Shown: positions 47,094 to 55,974 of the stretch, in pieces
How positions within the stretch are numbered: position 1 is the first letter of the stretch
How the letters are laid out: every line of letters starts with the position of its first letter
Assembly: GCA_964414985.1 (NCBI GenBank)
Contig: CAYPXA010000003.1
Coordinates: forward strand, 5,055 to 69,054
DNA from: an uncultured Methanosarcinales archaeon
GTDB lineage: Archaea; Nanobdellota; Nanobdellia; Woesearchaeales; JAGWAF01
DNA: 64,000 nt
Direction: 5' to 3'
Position numbers and translations under genes: made by a program
The notes under the pieces: generated by a model
Told to the model about the DNA's origin: nothing
What the model saw: the letters and a program-made list of their open reading frames with translations, nothing else
Databases searched by the model: none

Positions 47094-47608
47094 TTTTTCC
47101 TCCTGTAAGTTTCAAAAGTGAATGAAACCATTTTTTTGTCCCGCTTGTTTATGCCCTGGCCTTCTTCGCTCTTAACAAGCTCCCACTGTGAAAAATCAAT
47201 TTCAGGAAAGAAAGTGTCTGCATCAAACTCCTGCTGAATCCTTGTAAGCTCAAGAGTGTCTGCATGCTGCAGCCCAAGCTTGTAGATGCTTGCTCCTCCG
47301 CAGATGTACACCTTGCTTTTATCCTTAAGGTAATCCATTGCCTTTTCCCATGAATTAAAAACAACAGTGCCTTCAGGATTATAATCTTCCTTGAATGACA
47401 GGATTATGTTTTCCCTTCCTGGAAGAGGCCTTGCGTTTTCAGGCAGAGACTCATAAGTCTTTTCTCCCATAACACAGGGATTTCCCATTGTCAGCTCCTG
47501 AAAGTGCTGGAAGTCCTCTTTTATGTGCCATGGAATTTCGCCGTTCCTGCCGATAGCATTGTTTTTTGCAACAGCAGCAATGACTATTATTTCAGCCATA
47601 CGATTCAC
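47090..47608 (-). CDS. folA: Dihydrofolate reductase
   Basis: N-terminus [21 protein letters not shown]. Motif [11 protein letters not shown]. Confidence 0.85.
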   Translation of the reverse strand: MNRMAEIIVIAAVAKNNAIGRNGEIPWHIKEDFQHFQELTMGNPCVMGEKTYESLPENARPLPGRENIILSFKEDYNPEGTVVFNSWEKAMDYLKDKSKVYICGGASIYKLGLQHADTLELTRIQQEFDADTFFPEIDFSQWELVKSEEGQGINKRDKKMVSFTFETYRRKK

Positions 47609-47610
47609 CT

Positions 47611-48483
47611 CTAAACTGCGATTTCAAATGAGATTTTTGGATAGCTTTCATAGCCCTCCAATTTGGTGTCTTCATAATTCCATTCAAATATTGACTTGAA
47701 ATTATCTGTCTTTATTGATGGAAGCCTAAATTTGCAAGGGTCTCTTGAAAGCTGCTCCTTTGCACCGTCAACATGGTTTTCGTAGATATGGGTGTCTCCC
47801 AAAAATCCTATCAGCTTTCCTTCCTCCATTTTTGCCTCTTTTGCAAGAAGATGAAGAAGGATTGCGTAGCTTGCTATGTTGAAAGGAAGACCAAGCATTG
47901 TGTCAACAGACCGCTGGTTCCAGATAAGGTTAAGCTTTTTTCCTGTTGAAATAATGTGGAATGAGTAATGGCATGGAGGCAGAGCCATCTTATGCATTGC
48001 AGACGGGTTCCACGCTGAAACAATCATTCTCCTGTCAGAAGGGTCTGACTTCAGCTTTTCAACAACATTCTTCAGCTGGTCAATGCCTTTTCCAGAATAG
48101 TCAGAATCATAGCTTTCGTATTCTGCGCCAAAATGCCTCCACTGGAAGCCGTAAACAGCGCCAAGGTCCCTTTCTTCAGCCATCTTATTCTTGGATTCAT
48201 CATCGTGGCCGTAAGGAGCTTTCTGGGGGTTGGCCCATTCATTCCAGATGTAGTTCTTCCTGTCCTGAAGCCATTTCTTGTCTGTTATTCCTTTTATGAA
48301 GAACTCCAGCTCTGAAGCAATGCACTTGAAAGGCATTTTCTTTGTAGTCAGAAGAGGGAATCCGAGAGACATGTCATGCTCAAACTTGACTCCAGGAACT
48401 GAAATTGCCTTTATCCCTGTCCTGTTTTGAGTCCAGGTTCCGCTTTCAAGAATGTGCTTTACAATGTCCAGATACGACTTCAT
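47611..48483 (-). CDS. thyA: Thymidylate synthase (ThyA type, folate-dependent)
   Basis: Motifs TQNRTGIKAIS, active-site LPPCHYSFH, SVDTMLGLPFNIASYA and GDTHIYENH. Confidence 0.9.
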   Translation of the reverse strand: MKSYLDIVKHILESGTWTQNRTGIKAISVPGVKFEHDMSLGFPLLTTKKMPFKCIASELEFFIKGITDKKWLQDRKNYIWNEWANPQKAPYGHDDESKNKMAEERDLGAVYGFQWRHFGAEYESYDSDYSGKGIDQLKNVVEKLKSDPSDRRMIVSAWNPSAMHKMALPPCHYSFHIISTGKKLNLIWNQRSVDTMLGLPFNIASYAILLHLLAKEAKMEEGKLIGFLGDTHIYENHVDGAKEQLSRDPCKFRLPSIKTDNFKSIFEWNYEDTKLEGYESYPKISFEIAV

Positions 48484-48582
48484 TATAAGCTGATACCCCC
48501 TGTTTTTTTGATTTCATATTTCTATATAAACATTTCTATTTGGCATCGAAAGGATAATAAATGAAAACAGCTTTCCAGGATT

Positions 48583-49326
48583 ATGCTCAAGCTAAGCGAC
48601 TATGCAGTAATACTCAAAGGATTGCTCAACACAAACAATTCAATTGTAATGGGATGCTCATGCGAAGTAAAGTACAGCGGAAGGGCTGAAAGCTTTCTTC
48701 CTGAAGGAGACAGGACAATCATAATCAAGGAAGACAGCACGCTTCTTGTGCACCAGCCTACAGGAAACAACCCTGTGAACTATATGAAGGCAGGAACAAC
48801 GCATTCTGTTGCTTTAGAGGATGAAAAGATGGTCATCAAAAGCAAGAATCCTGCTGTAAAGGAGTTCATGGATATTTTGATAACAAAGATGCACTTCTTC
48901 AACTACCTTAAAATGAATGACAGCCAGTCAATAGAGCTGCAGGGCACAGAAAAGGACATGGCAGAAATGCTTATGAAAAGGCCTGACCTTGTCGAGCCTG
49001 GCTTCAGGCCGCTTAACATGGAAGAGCACACCAAATACGGATTTATTGATGTCTTTGGGTTTGACAAGGACAACAACCTTCTTGTAGTTGAGTGCAAAAG
49101 GTACAAGGCAGACCTTGCAGCTGTCACACAGCTTAGAAGGTATGTTGAAAAGATAAAGGAATCCAAGGGAGTTGTGCATGTCCGCGGAATGCTTGCAGCT
49201 CCAGGCATATCTTCAGGCGCGCTTGCAATGCTCAAGGACTGGGGATTCTCATTTATTTCTGTGAATCCTCCAAAGTATCTTGAGAAGTTTGACAAGACCC
49301 AGTCAAAACTCGGGCATTTCTCATAA
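48583..49326 (+). CDS. nucS: Mismatch-specific endonuclease NucS/EndoMS
   Basis: C-terminal RecB-like nuclease motifs GFIDVFGFDKDNNLLVVECKRYKAD and QLRRYVE. N-terminal dimerisation/DNA-binding domain. Confidence 0.8.
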   Translation: MLKLSDYAVILKGLLNTNNSIVMGCSCEVKYSGRAESFLPEGDRTIIIKEDSTLLVHQPTGNNPVNYMKAGTTHSVALEDEKMVIKSKNPAVKEFMDILITKMHFFNYLKMNDSQSIELQGTEKDMAEMLMKRPDLVEPGFRPLNMEEHTKYGFIDVFGFDKDNNLLVVECKRYKADLAAVTQLRRYVEKIKESKGVVHVRGMLAAPGISSGALAMLKDWGFSFISVNPPKYLEKFDKTQSKLGHFS

Positions 49327-49654
49327 GCTCCCTGATTTTCCTGCTTTTGATTTCAGACAGGCAGAAGCATGACTGGCAGTCTATTATCATTCCAGAGTCA
49401 AAGTCAAGGACAAGGTAGCCAGCGTCCAAATCTTCGATGAAGTTTTGGTTTTCTAAGCTTTGTGTTTCGGGTTTGTTGATTTGCGCTTTGAGTTCTGCAC
49501 TCTGCTTTGTTTTCAGAATCTTAATAGCCTGCCTGTAGTGCATTGATGAAACACTCATTTTTCTGTTTTCAACAACTATCAGGCAGATGTTTGACATGAA
49601 TAAAAGAATGAAAAAAAGATTAATATGGCTATCTGCAAAAAACCCGGAATGTTT

Positions 49655-50770
49655 TCAGGCAAATTTGCCAAAGACAAATCCGGCAGCTGCTGCATACACT
49701 ATTACAATGCCCACATATGCGGCAGTCTTCTTTGTTCCAAGCACTTTTCTTATTACAAGCATGTTCGGAAGGCTTAATGAAGGGCCTGCAAGAAGCAAAG
49801 CTAAAGCAGGGCCTGAGCTCATTCCCTTTGAAATCAGCGCCTGAATTATAGGGACTTCAGTCAGAGTTGAAAAATACATGAATGCTCCGAATACAGCTGC
49901 AGCAATGTTGCCGATTATTGTATTTTGGCCCACAACATTTTCAATTATTGATTGAGGCAAAAGCGGCATTATGAATCCTGCAACAAACACTCCAATAAAC
50001 AGCAAAGGAATAAGCATTTTTGAGAAGCTCCATGTCTCATTCAGCCATTTCTGCGCAGCGTGGTCCTTAAACTTCCACAGCACAAGGCAGACAACTCCCA
50101 AGGTAAACACAGCCATTACTGAATACTTTATCGATTTGCTAATCTGAAGCCCGTTTACAACAAGCACTCCAATCATCAATCCGAAGAATGCAAGCATGAC
50201 CTTATTTGAGATTTTAGTTTCTTCTGTTTCCTGTATGAGAAGCTTTTCCTTGTCAACCTTTTCCCTGAAAATTGCCTGCATTGTAATGCCTGCAAGTATT
50301 GACAGCAGGACTGCGGATATAATCCTTGCAATTCCTATCTTTATTCCAAGGACGCTTAGCGTAAGGAACATTGCTGCAATATTTATTGCAGGGCCTGCGA
50401 AAAGGAAAGTTATTGCAGGGCCTAATCCAGCACCCCTTTTTCTTATTCCGGCAAACAACGGAAGGATAGTGCAGGAGCAGACTGCAAGTATTGCTCCTGA
50501 AACAGATGCAACTCCGTATGAAACATGCATTTTTGCCTCGTGCCCCAAATATTTCATCACTTTTTCTTTCTTGATGAATATTGCAATCGCGCCTGCGATG
50601 AACAATGCAGGAACCAGGCAGGTCAAAACATGCAGCCTTGCATACTCATGCAGAAGGTCAAATGCAGACTGCATTGATACTTTAAACCATTCTGCCTGGG
50701 AAGGCACAAAGTAAAGCAGTGCAAAAACAATTCCGATCCATATCATCATATTCCAGTCTTTTCTTTCCAT
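49655..50770 (-). CDS. COG0701/DUF318-family permease
   Basis: Multi-TM. Conserved CSC motif (LAVCSCTILPLF). Commonly clustered with ArsR and thioredoxin-like genes. Confidence 0.65.
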   Translation of the reverse strand: MERKDWNMMIWIGIVFALLYFVPSQAEWFKVSMQSAFDLLHEYARLHVLTCLVPALFIAGAIAIFIKKEKVMKYLGHEAKMHVSYGVASVSGAILAVCSCTILPLFAGIRKRGAGLGPAITFLFAGPAINIAAMFLTLSVLGIKIGIARIISAVLLSILAGITMQAIFREKVDKEKLLIQETEETKISNKVMLAFFGLMIGVLVVNGLQISKSIKYSVMAVFTLGVVCLVLWKFKDHAAQKWLNETWSFSKMLIPLLFIGVFVAGFIMPLLPQSIIENVVGQNTIIGNIAAAVFGAFMYFSTLTEVPIIQALISKGMSSGPALALLLAGPSLSLPNMLVIRKVLGTKKTAAYVGIVIVYAAAAGFVFGKFA

Positions 50771-51481
50771 TTAAACCACCATTATTGCTGTATAATAAAT
50801 TCCGGTAGCCACAAATATGCCTGCAACTATCTTTCTTGCCCACTTTTCAAAAATTTCTATTTTGCCCATGACATTGCCAAGCTTTGATACGCTGAAAACC
50901 AGCATGAATGAGAATATTATAACTGGCAGGCCTGTTGCCAATGCAAAAACTGCTGGAATGATAAATCCGTCTCCATAATTCAGCGCAAGGGGTATAAGCA
51001 TCCCAAAGAAAAGCACTGCGCTGAACGGGCAGAATGCAAGCGCAAATACCACTCCGAGAAGGAAAGCTCCCAAAAATCCCTTGTTTGCGAGTTTTTCCTT
51101 CAACTTGGCTATTGTTTTATTATCTTTCAGAAAGCTGAACTTTATTATGTCCAGCATGACAACGCCAATTATGATAAGCATAGGCCCGAGAATCCTTTCT
51201 CCGTATTTCTGCAAAAATAATGAGATTGACTGGGTGTTTACTCCAATCCAGACTATCATCGATGCGATTGCAACATAAGTAAACATCCTTCCAAGAGTGT
51301 AAAGAAATCCCACTGCAAGAGTATGCCTGCTGTTGCCAATCCTCTTGCTTGTGTAGGCTATCGCAGTTATGTTTGTGGCAAGAGGGCACGGGCTTATTGC
51401 AGTCATCAGCCCTATAAAGAAAGCTGCAATTATCGGGATTCCGCTTGTTCCCATTGCCTCCATGAATGCCATTAATCCCAT
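50771..51481 (-). CDS. ccdA: CcdA/DsbD-like transmembrane thiol-disulfide electron-transfer protein
   Basis: Two TM Cys motifs AISPCPL and ALAFCPFSAV. Six TM helices. Confidence 0.7.
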   Translation of the reverse strand: MGLMAFMEAMGTSGIPIIAAFFIGLMTAISPCPLATNITAIAYTSKRIGNSRHTLAVGFLYTLGRMFTYVAIASMIVWIGVNTQSISLFLQKYGERILGPMLIIIGVVMLDIIKFSFLKDNKTIAKLKEKLANKGFLGAFLLGVVFALAFCPFSAVLFFGMLIPLALNYGDGFIIPAVFALATGLPVIIFSFMLVFSVSKLGNVMGKIEIFEKWARKIVAGIFVATGIYYTAIMVV

Positions 51482-51933
51482 CAGCTTAAATCTCCGGCTA
51501 ATCTCTTTTCAATAATTCCTTTGAGGTAAGCCAAGTAATCTTCTTTGTCATTAACCTTGTACCAGACATTAGTATTCTGCTCTGCAATAAACTTTCCATC
51601 TTTTGTATAAGTTCCAATCCACAAAGATGCGCTGTTGACTCTGTATTTTGCAACCAAATCCCTGTTTTCAGCCAGCTCGCCGTTGATATGGCCAAAAACA
51701 ATCTTGCCTGACTTTAATTCATCTGCAAAATATGTATTCACAGTCTCTTCTGCATAATCACCTACAGTAATGCATGAATAGCACTGGTGAGTTCCATGAA
51801 AATGGTAGATTTCAAGCTTATCAACCTCTATTGGCTCAACAGCATCTGCAACACTGCTTCCATTGATTTGCTGGCTGTTTGAGCATCCTGAAACTATTAA
51901 AGACGCTAACACCAAAAATAATATTTTATTCAT
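51481..51933 (-). CDS. Lipoprotein with CxxC motif (putative thiol-disulfide oxidoreductase-like)
   Basis: Lipobox LIVSGCSNS. Motif HQCYSC. Confidence 0.45.
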   Translation of the reverse strand: MNKILFLVLASLIVSGCSNSQQINGSSVADAVEPIEVDKLEIYHFHGTHQCYSCITVGDYAEETVNTYFADELKSGKIVFGHINGELAENRDLVAKYRVNSASLWIGTYTKDGKFIAEQNTNVWYKVNDKEDYLAYLKGIIEKRLAGDLS

Positions 51934-52169
51934 TTAAGCCACTCCTTTATCTCGCTTACTTCAGCAACTTTGCCATAGCTCTTGACTTTTCCGTCGATAA
52001 CTATTGCAGGAGTTGACATAACTCCGTACTCAACAATCTCGTTGATGCCTGTTACTTTCACAATTTCTGCCTTCTTTCCTGTTTCTTCCAATGCCTTTTT
52101 TGCGTTTGCCTCAAGCTGTTTGCATTTTGGGCATCCTGTTCCTAATATTTCGATTTTCATATTTCTCAC
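51930..52169 (-). CDS. Small thioredoxin-fold protein (redox-active disulfide protein 2-like)
   Basis: 79 aa. Motif GTGCPKCKQ. Confidence 0.75.
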   Translation of the reverse strand: MRNMKIEILGTGCPKCKQLEANAKKALEETGKKAEIVKVTGINEIVEYGVMSTPAIVIDGKVKSYGKVAEVSEIKEWLK

Positions 52170-52170
52170 C

Positions 52171-52446
52171 TTATTGGATTTTGGAGTTTCTTTTGAGAAT
52201 CCTTAAAATGCCGGCAATCCTCTTATCCTTAATAGAGTAAATTACCTTCTTTCCTTCCCTTCTTGAATCCAGCAAGCCGGACTTCACAAGCTTTGCAAGG
52301 TGCATTGATGTGTTGGGCTGCGCCCTGCAGATTAAAGAAGGTATTTTGCATGCGCATTTCTCGCCGTCAAGAAGGGATTTCACTATTTTGTACCTTGTTT
52401 CTTCGCTGAGCGCCTTAAGCAGCCTGATGTCGTCCTTGGTACTCAT
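52171..52446 (-). CDS. arsR: ArsR/SmtB-family transcriptional regulator
   Basis: HTH motif ETRYKIVKSLLDGEKCACKI...SMHLAKLVKSGLL. Confidence 0.8.
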   Translation of the reverse strand: MSTKDDIRLLKALSEETRYKIVKSLLDGEKCACKIPSLICRAQPNTSMHLAKLVKSGLLDSRREGKKVIYSIKDKRIAGILRILKRNSKIQ

Positions 52447-52499
52447 ATCAATGAGTATTGATATGTTATTTATAAGCCTTTTGATTTTTAAGATTTGAT

Positions 52500-52916
52500 T
52501 TAGAAATAGAAATCCAGCTCGTCAGACCTTATGACAGTCTCTTTCTTTTCAGAGCTTTCAGGCTTGAACTGCTTGGGGGATGAAGGTGCTGCCTGCTGCA
52601 CAGAAGCTTTGCTTGGCTCATTCTGCCTGGCCTGCGGCTTCTGCTGGCTTCCCTGCACTGCAGCTTCAAAATCAGGGTTTGCTCTCATTGCTTTGCTCCA
52701 GCTCACATTTCCGCAGCGCATGCACCTGAAGTAGGGCCCGAACTTTCCTGACTGCACGTCAAGCCATTCTCCGCAGATGCATTTCAGTTCAGGCAGGCTT
52801 GCATCCTTATGGGTTAGGCAGACAGGAACGCCTGCACTGTTTTCAGTCACTGCCTGCTTTCCGCAGAACGGGCATTTGTCAACCTTTGAAGCACCATAAA
52901 CCTTTTTGAAGCGCAT
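52500..52916 (-). CDS. Zinc-ribbon protein (topoisomerase-type C4 zinc finger-like)
   Basis: CPFCGK...C and CICGEWLDVQSGKFGPYFRCMRCGN. Confidence 0.45.
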   Translation of the reverse strand: MRFKKVYGASKVDKCPFCGKQAVTENSAGVPVCLTHKDASLPELKCICGEWLDVQSGKFGPYFRCMRCGNVSWSKAMRANPDFEAAVQGSQQKPQARQNEPSKASVQQAAPSSPKQFKPESSEKKETVIRSDELDFYF

Positions 52917-53068
52917 ACCAATTGGTTTTTGCAGGTGTTTAAAAGATTTGCGGGAAGAGAGAGGAATTTTAAGTTTAAAGCGCTATTGAAGAGTAAATTA
53001 TTTATAATCTGCATTCAGGTTAGATAACTCTCGATAAATTTAATAATGTTTTTTGATTTCTAATTGGT

Positions 53069-53659
53069 ATGTTGCAATACCATCACTGCATGCCTTTGGA
53101 TATTGTGTCCTACAGCCTAATAAAACCCTGCCCTGAACACGCGGATGAGGACTTTAAAGGCGCATACTCCTGGCTGGAAAAAGAAATTGGCTTTTATCCG
53201 CTATTCTTGGCTGTTGGCACAGATGATGAAGACATCCGAATGACAGGCTACCAGAATCAATGGAGAATAATTTTGTCAGAAGGAAATAACGGAAAAGAGT
53301 ACCAGAAAAAAGGTGATTTTCCGAACTATGCCCTTTTTTCATTTGAAGAGATTGATGGCGTTTTTATGGATTATAATAATTGGCATATCGCATTGAATGC
53401 AGGCCATAAAAGCTATCAAATGACTGACTATGAAAAGCGGCTGATTTTCAAGCCATCCTGGCCTAAATCAAAATGGCTGAGAAAAGCAAGGAAAGAGAAG
53501 TGCTCAGTACAATTAGCAGCTCCAGAATTATACATGCCAGATGCTGGAAGAATCTGGGTTAGAAACAGGCAATCCAAAGAGTTATTAGCCTCAATGGGTT
53601 TTGGCAATGTTGAACAAAGAAGGCTTTTGCTTGAAGAGCCAGAACGCAAGGGTATTTAG
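53069..53659 (+). CDS. Hypothetical protein (196 aa)
   Basis: Long ORF in a locally AT-rich region. No recognised motifs. Confidence 0.4.
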   Translation: MLQYHHCMPLDIVSYSLIKPCPEHADEDFKGAYSWLEKEIGFYPLFLAVGTDDEDIRMTGYQNQWRIILSEGNNGKEYQKKGDFPNYALFSFEEIDGVFMDYNNWHIALNAGHKSYQMTDYEKRLIFKPSWPKSKWLRKARKEKCSVQLAAPELYMPDAGRIWVRNRQSKELLASMGFGNVEQRRLLLEEPERKGI

Positions 53660-53720
53660 CAATAATAGGCATTTTCTGCACATCACAAAATATTTATACC
53701 CCTTCAGCATCTTTTTTGTC

Positions 53721-54272
53721 ATGAAAATAATTGCAATAACCGGAATGCCTGGGTCTGGAAAGAAGACAATAAGAGATGAGCTTGAGAAAAGGGGAATACC
53801 TGTTTTTGTCATGAGGACAGTTGTTGAAGACGAGCTAAGGGAAAAAGGCATTGAGCCTACCAACGAGGCATTAAGGGAGTATGCAACAGAGCTTAGGAAG
53901 AAGTTCGGCTATGACATTGTTGCAAGAAAATCTCTTGAAAGGGCAAAGGCTCTTGGCTCTGGCACTGTTGTTTTGGACGGCATAAGAGGTGAAACTGAAA
54001 TTGAGTTCCTTAAAAGCCAGAAAGGAGTTGAGTTCATACTTATTGCCGCAATCGCATCTGCAGAAACAAGGTTTGAAAGGCTGAAGCAGAGAGGCCTTCA
54101 GTGGGATATGAAAACAAAGGCAGAGTTCGAGTACAGGGACAACAAGGAATTAAGCTGGGGTTTGGACAAGGCAATAGCAATGGCTGACTACAGCATTGAA
54201 AACGAAGGAACTCGCGAAGAGTTTGAGAAAAAAGCAAGGGAAACAATAAGCAGGATACTAGGAAATCCTTAG
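53721..54272 (+). CDS. P-loop nucleotide kinase (archaeal UPF0200 / dephospho-CoA-kinase-like family)
   Basis: N-terminal MKIIAITGMPGSGKKT (the revised ATG start has a P-loop at the N-terminus). Motif DGIRGETEIEFL. Confidence 0.55.
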   Translation: MKIIAITGMPGSGKKTIRDELEKRGIPVFVMRTVVEDELREKGIEPTNEALREYATELRKKFGYDIVARKSLERAKALGSGTVVLDGIRGETEIEFLKSQKGVEFILIAAIASAETRFERLKQRGLQWDMKTKAEFEYRDNKELSWGLDKAIAMADYSIENEGTREEFEKKARETISRILGNP

Positions 54273-54509
54273 CAGCTTAAGCCTTGATGATGCTCCTGAG
54301 ACAATTTCAACCTTCTTCTTTGAAAGTTTTGAGAAGAACTTTATAATTTCTGCATTTGCCTTGCCTGATTCAGGCTGGGCATGGACATTGACCTTAAGCG
54401 CGCCTTTTGATTCGTCAAAGCATATTATTTCTGTCTTTGGGGAGTTTGGCTTTGCAGATATCTTCAGCTTTCCGCATGAAATATAGCCTTCAGCTTCAGC
54501 CCAATCCAT
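54258..54509 (-). CDS. DUF167 (YggU-like) protein
   Basis: Start revised to MDWAEAEG. Motif AKPNSPKTEI...VHAQPESGKANAEIIKFFS. Confidence 0.55.
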   Translation of the reverse strand: MDWAEAEGYISCGKLKISAKPNSPKTEIICFDESKGALKVNVHAQPESGKANAEIIKFFSKLSKKKVEIVSGASSRLKLLRIS

Positions 54510-54510
54510 T

Positions 54511-54810
54511 TTAAGAATAGTCTCTCCAGGTGTGCTTGCATTTTGTGCACTTGAGGAACTTTGTTGGAGGCTCATCTGCAGCCCTTGTCTGGACTTCCCA
54601 GAAATACGCCTTTGTGCAGCCGCACTTGTGGCACTCTGCTGTTGTTTCCGGAAGAGTCTTCTCGTCATTCTCAGTGTCAACAACCTCAATTTCCCTGCTT
54701 TTGCAGCTTTCCTTCTTCTCGCATATTTTTAGGTTTTCTCCATCTTCTGCCTTGTAGCCGCAGCTGCATTTTTTAGAAAGCATTATTGAGCCGCATTTCT
54801 TGCAAAACAT
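54511..54810 (-). CDS. tfs: Transcription factor S / RNA polymerase subunit M (TFIIS-type zinc ribbon)
   Basis: N-terminal MFCKKCGS...C Zn-ribbon. C-terminal TFIIS motif QTRAADEPPTKFLKCTKCKHTWRD. Confidence 0.8.
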   Translation of the reverse strand: MFCKKCGSIMLSKKCSCGYKAEDGENLKICEKKESCKSREIEVVDTENDEKTLPETTAECHKCGCTKAYFWEVQTRAADEPPTKFLKCTKCKHTWRDYS

Positions 54811-54812
54811 CT

Positions 54813-55463
54813 TCAAGCACCTATTCCTGCAATCCTTAGCAGGCCTACAAACCCTATCTTTATCCATCCAAGGAAAGGAAGCCTGAAAAACGCCTTCCCA
54901 AGAACCTTCTCAGGCATTATTCCCTTTTCAAATTCAGCAGACCCGCAGTTGTTGTCTCCCTTTGTAAAATATTTTCCGTCTTTGATTTCAACAACCCTGT
55001 GGATGATAGGGTCAGCCCTCTGCGCAACATTAAAAACTATGACATCTCCAACTTCTATGTTTTTTGGGCTTTTCAGCACCATTATGTCTCCCTTGTTGAA
55101 GCCGTTCCTAAACCCGAATTCCCTGAACTCCATTTTGGTTATGAGGTAAGGGATGTAAAGCTCCTCCTGGCTTGACTTTTCATCGCAGCCTGATGAAGTG
55201 CAGCAGGATTCAGCTTCCCACCAATCATCAAATCCTGAATTGTGCTCCATGCTTCCTGAAATTACTGCAACAACAGGATGTGTTGTGCCAAGCGCAAAGC
55301 CAAGCCCTGGATAAACCATGAATTTTATTATGACAAATGCAAGAATTATGTTGACAGCCCAGCTTAGCGGGCTGTTGCTTTCCCAGATAAAATGCCATGC
55401 CTTCTTTGCAGCCTTTTTTGCCTTTGCCAAACCTTTTTCTGCCATCCTCCTGCTAATGAGCAT
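54813..55463 (-). CDS. Signal peptidase I (archaeal Sec11/S26B type)
   Basis: N-terminal TM. Ser box VVAVISGSMEHN. GDIMVLKSP and GDVIVFN boxes. The start is approximate (track ORF 54813-55541). Confidence 0.65.
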   Translation of the reverse strand: MLISRRMAEKGLAKAKKAAKKAWHFIWESNSPLSWAVNIILAFVIIKFMVYPGLGFALGTTHPVVAVISGSMEHNSGFDDWWEAESCCTSSGCDEKSSQEELYIPYLITKMEFREFGFRNGFNKGDIMVLKSPKNIEVGDVIVFNVAQRADPIIHRVVEIKDGKYFTKGDNNCGSAEFEKGIMPEKVLGKAFFRLPFLGWIKIGFVGLLRIAGIGA

Positions 55464-55491
55464 AACTATTATAAAGCTTTCGTGTTTATAT

Positions 55492-55974
55492 ATGCCTATG
55501 GACAGGCCAAGATTTAATTTCCAAAACAGGCACCCAAACAAGGATTATTTTGAGGGAGTGCTGCAGCTTAGGAACTGCACAGAGGAGGCTTATAATTTTA
55601 TAGCCAATACCATGGAAAAGGACGGCACAGTCTGGATTGCAAAAGAAATCAAGATAAAAGACGGCGTTGACCTCTATGTAAGCTCAAACAAGTTTCTCAA
55701 GAAGATAGGCAAGCTTCTTAGGGAGAATTTTCCAGGAGAAATGAAATCCACCTCAAGGCTTTTTACAAGGGACAGGCAGTCATTCAAGGATGTTTACAGG
55801 GGTACAGTGCTTTTCAGGATGCCTTCTTTCAGAAAAGGCGACAGGGGCATTTTCAACGGAGAGGAAGTTGAAGTTGTTTCAATCGGCGAAAGGGTGGTCC
55901 TTAAGGATGTAAAGACAGGAAAAAAAATGCAGTACAGGTTTGATGATGTCAACAAGACATTCAAAGCCTGTTAA
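55492..55974 (+). CDS. NMD3-like domain protein (putative ribosome-biogenesis/export adaptor homolog lacking zinc finger)
   Basis: GVLQLRN...GTVWIAKEIKIKDGVDLYVSSNKF...YRGTVLFRMP resembles the Nmd3 N-terminal/OB region. Start revised to the ATG at 55492. Upstream TATA-like CTATTATAAAG. Confidence 0.4.
   Translation: MPMDRPRFNFQNRHPNKDYFEGVLQLRNCTEEAYNFIANTMEKDGTVWIAKEIKIKDGVDLYVSSNKFLKKIGKLLRENFPGEMKSTSRLFTRDRQSFKDVYRGTVLFRMPSFRKGDRGIFNGEEVEVVSIGERVVLKDVKTGKKMQYRFDDVNKTFKAC

Noticed and set aside
43494-48483. Looked for thyX (FAD-dependent thymidylate synthase) as the usual archaeal alternative.
   Set aside because: It is not present in this window. Only the folate-dependent ThyA/FolA set is seen. 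Its absence genome-wide cannot be judged from this window.
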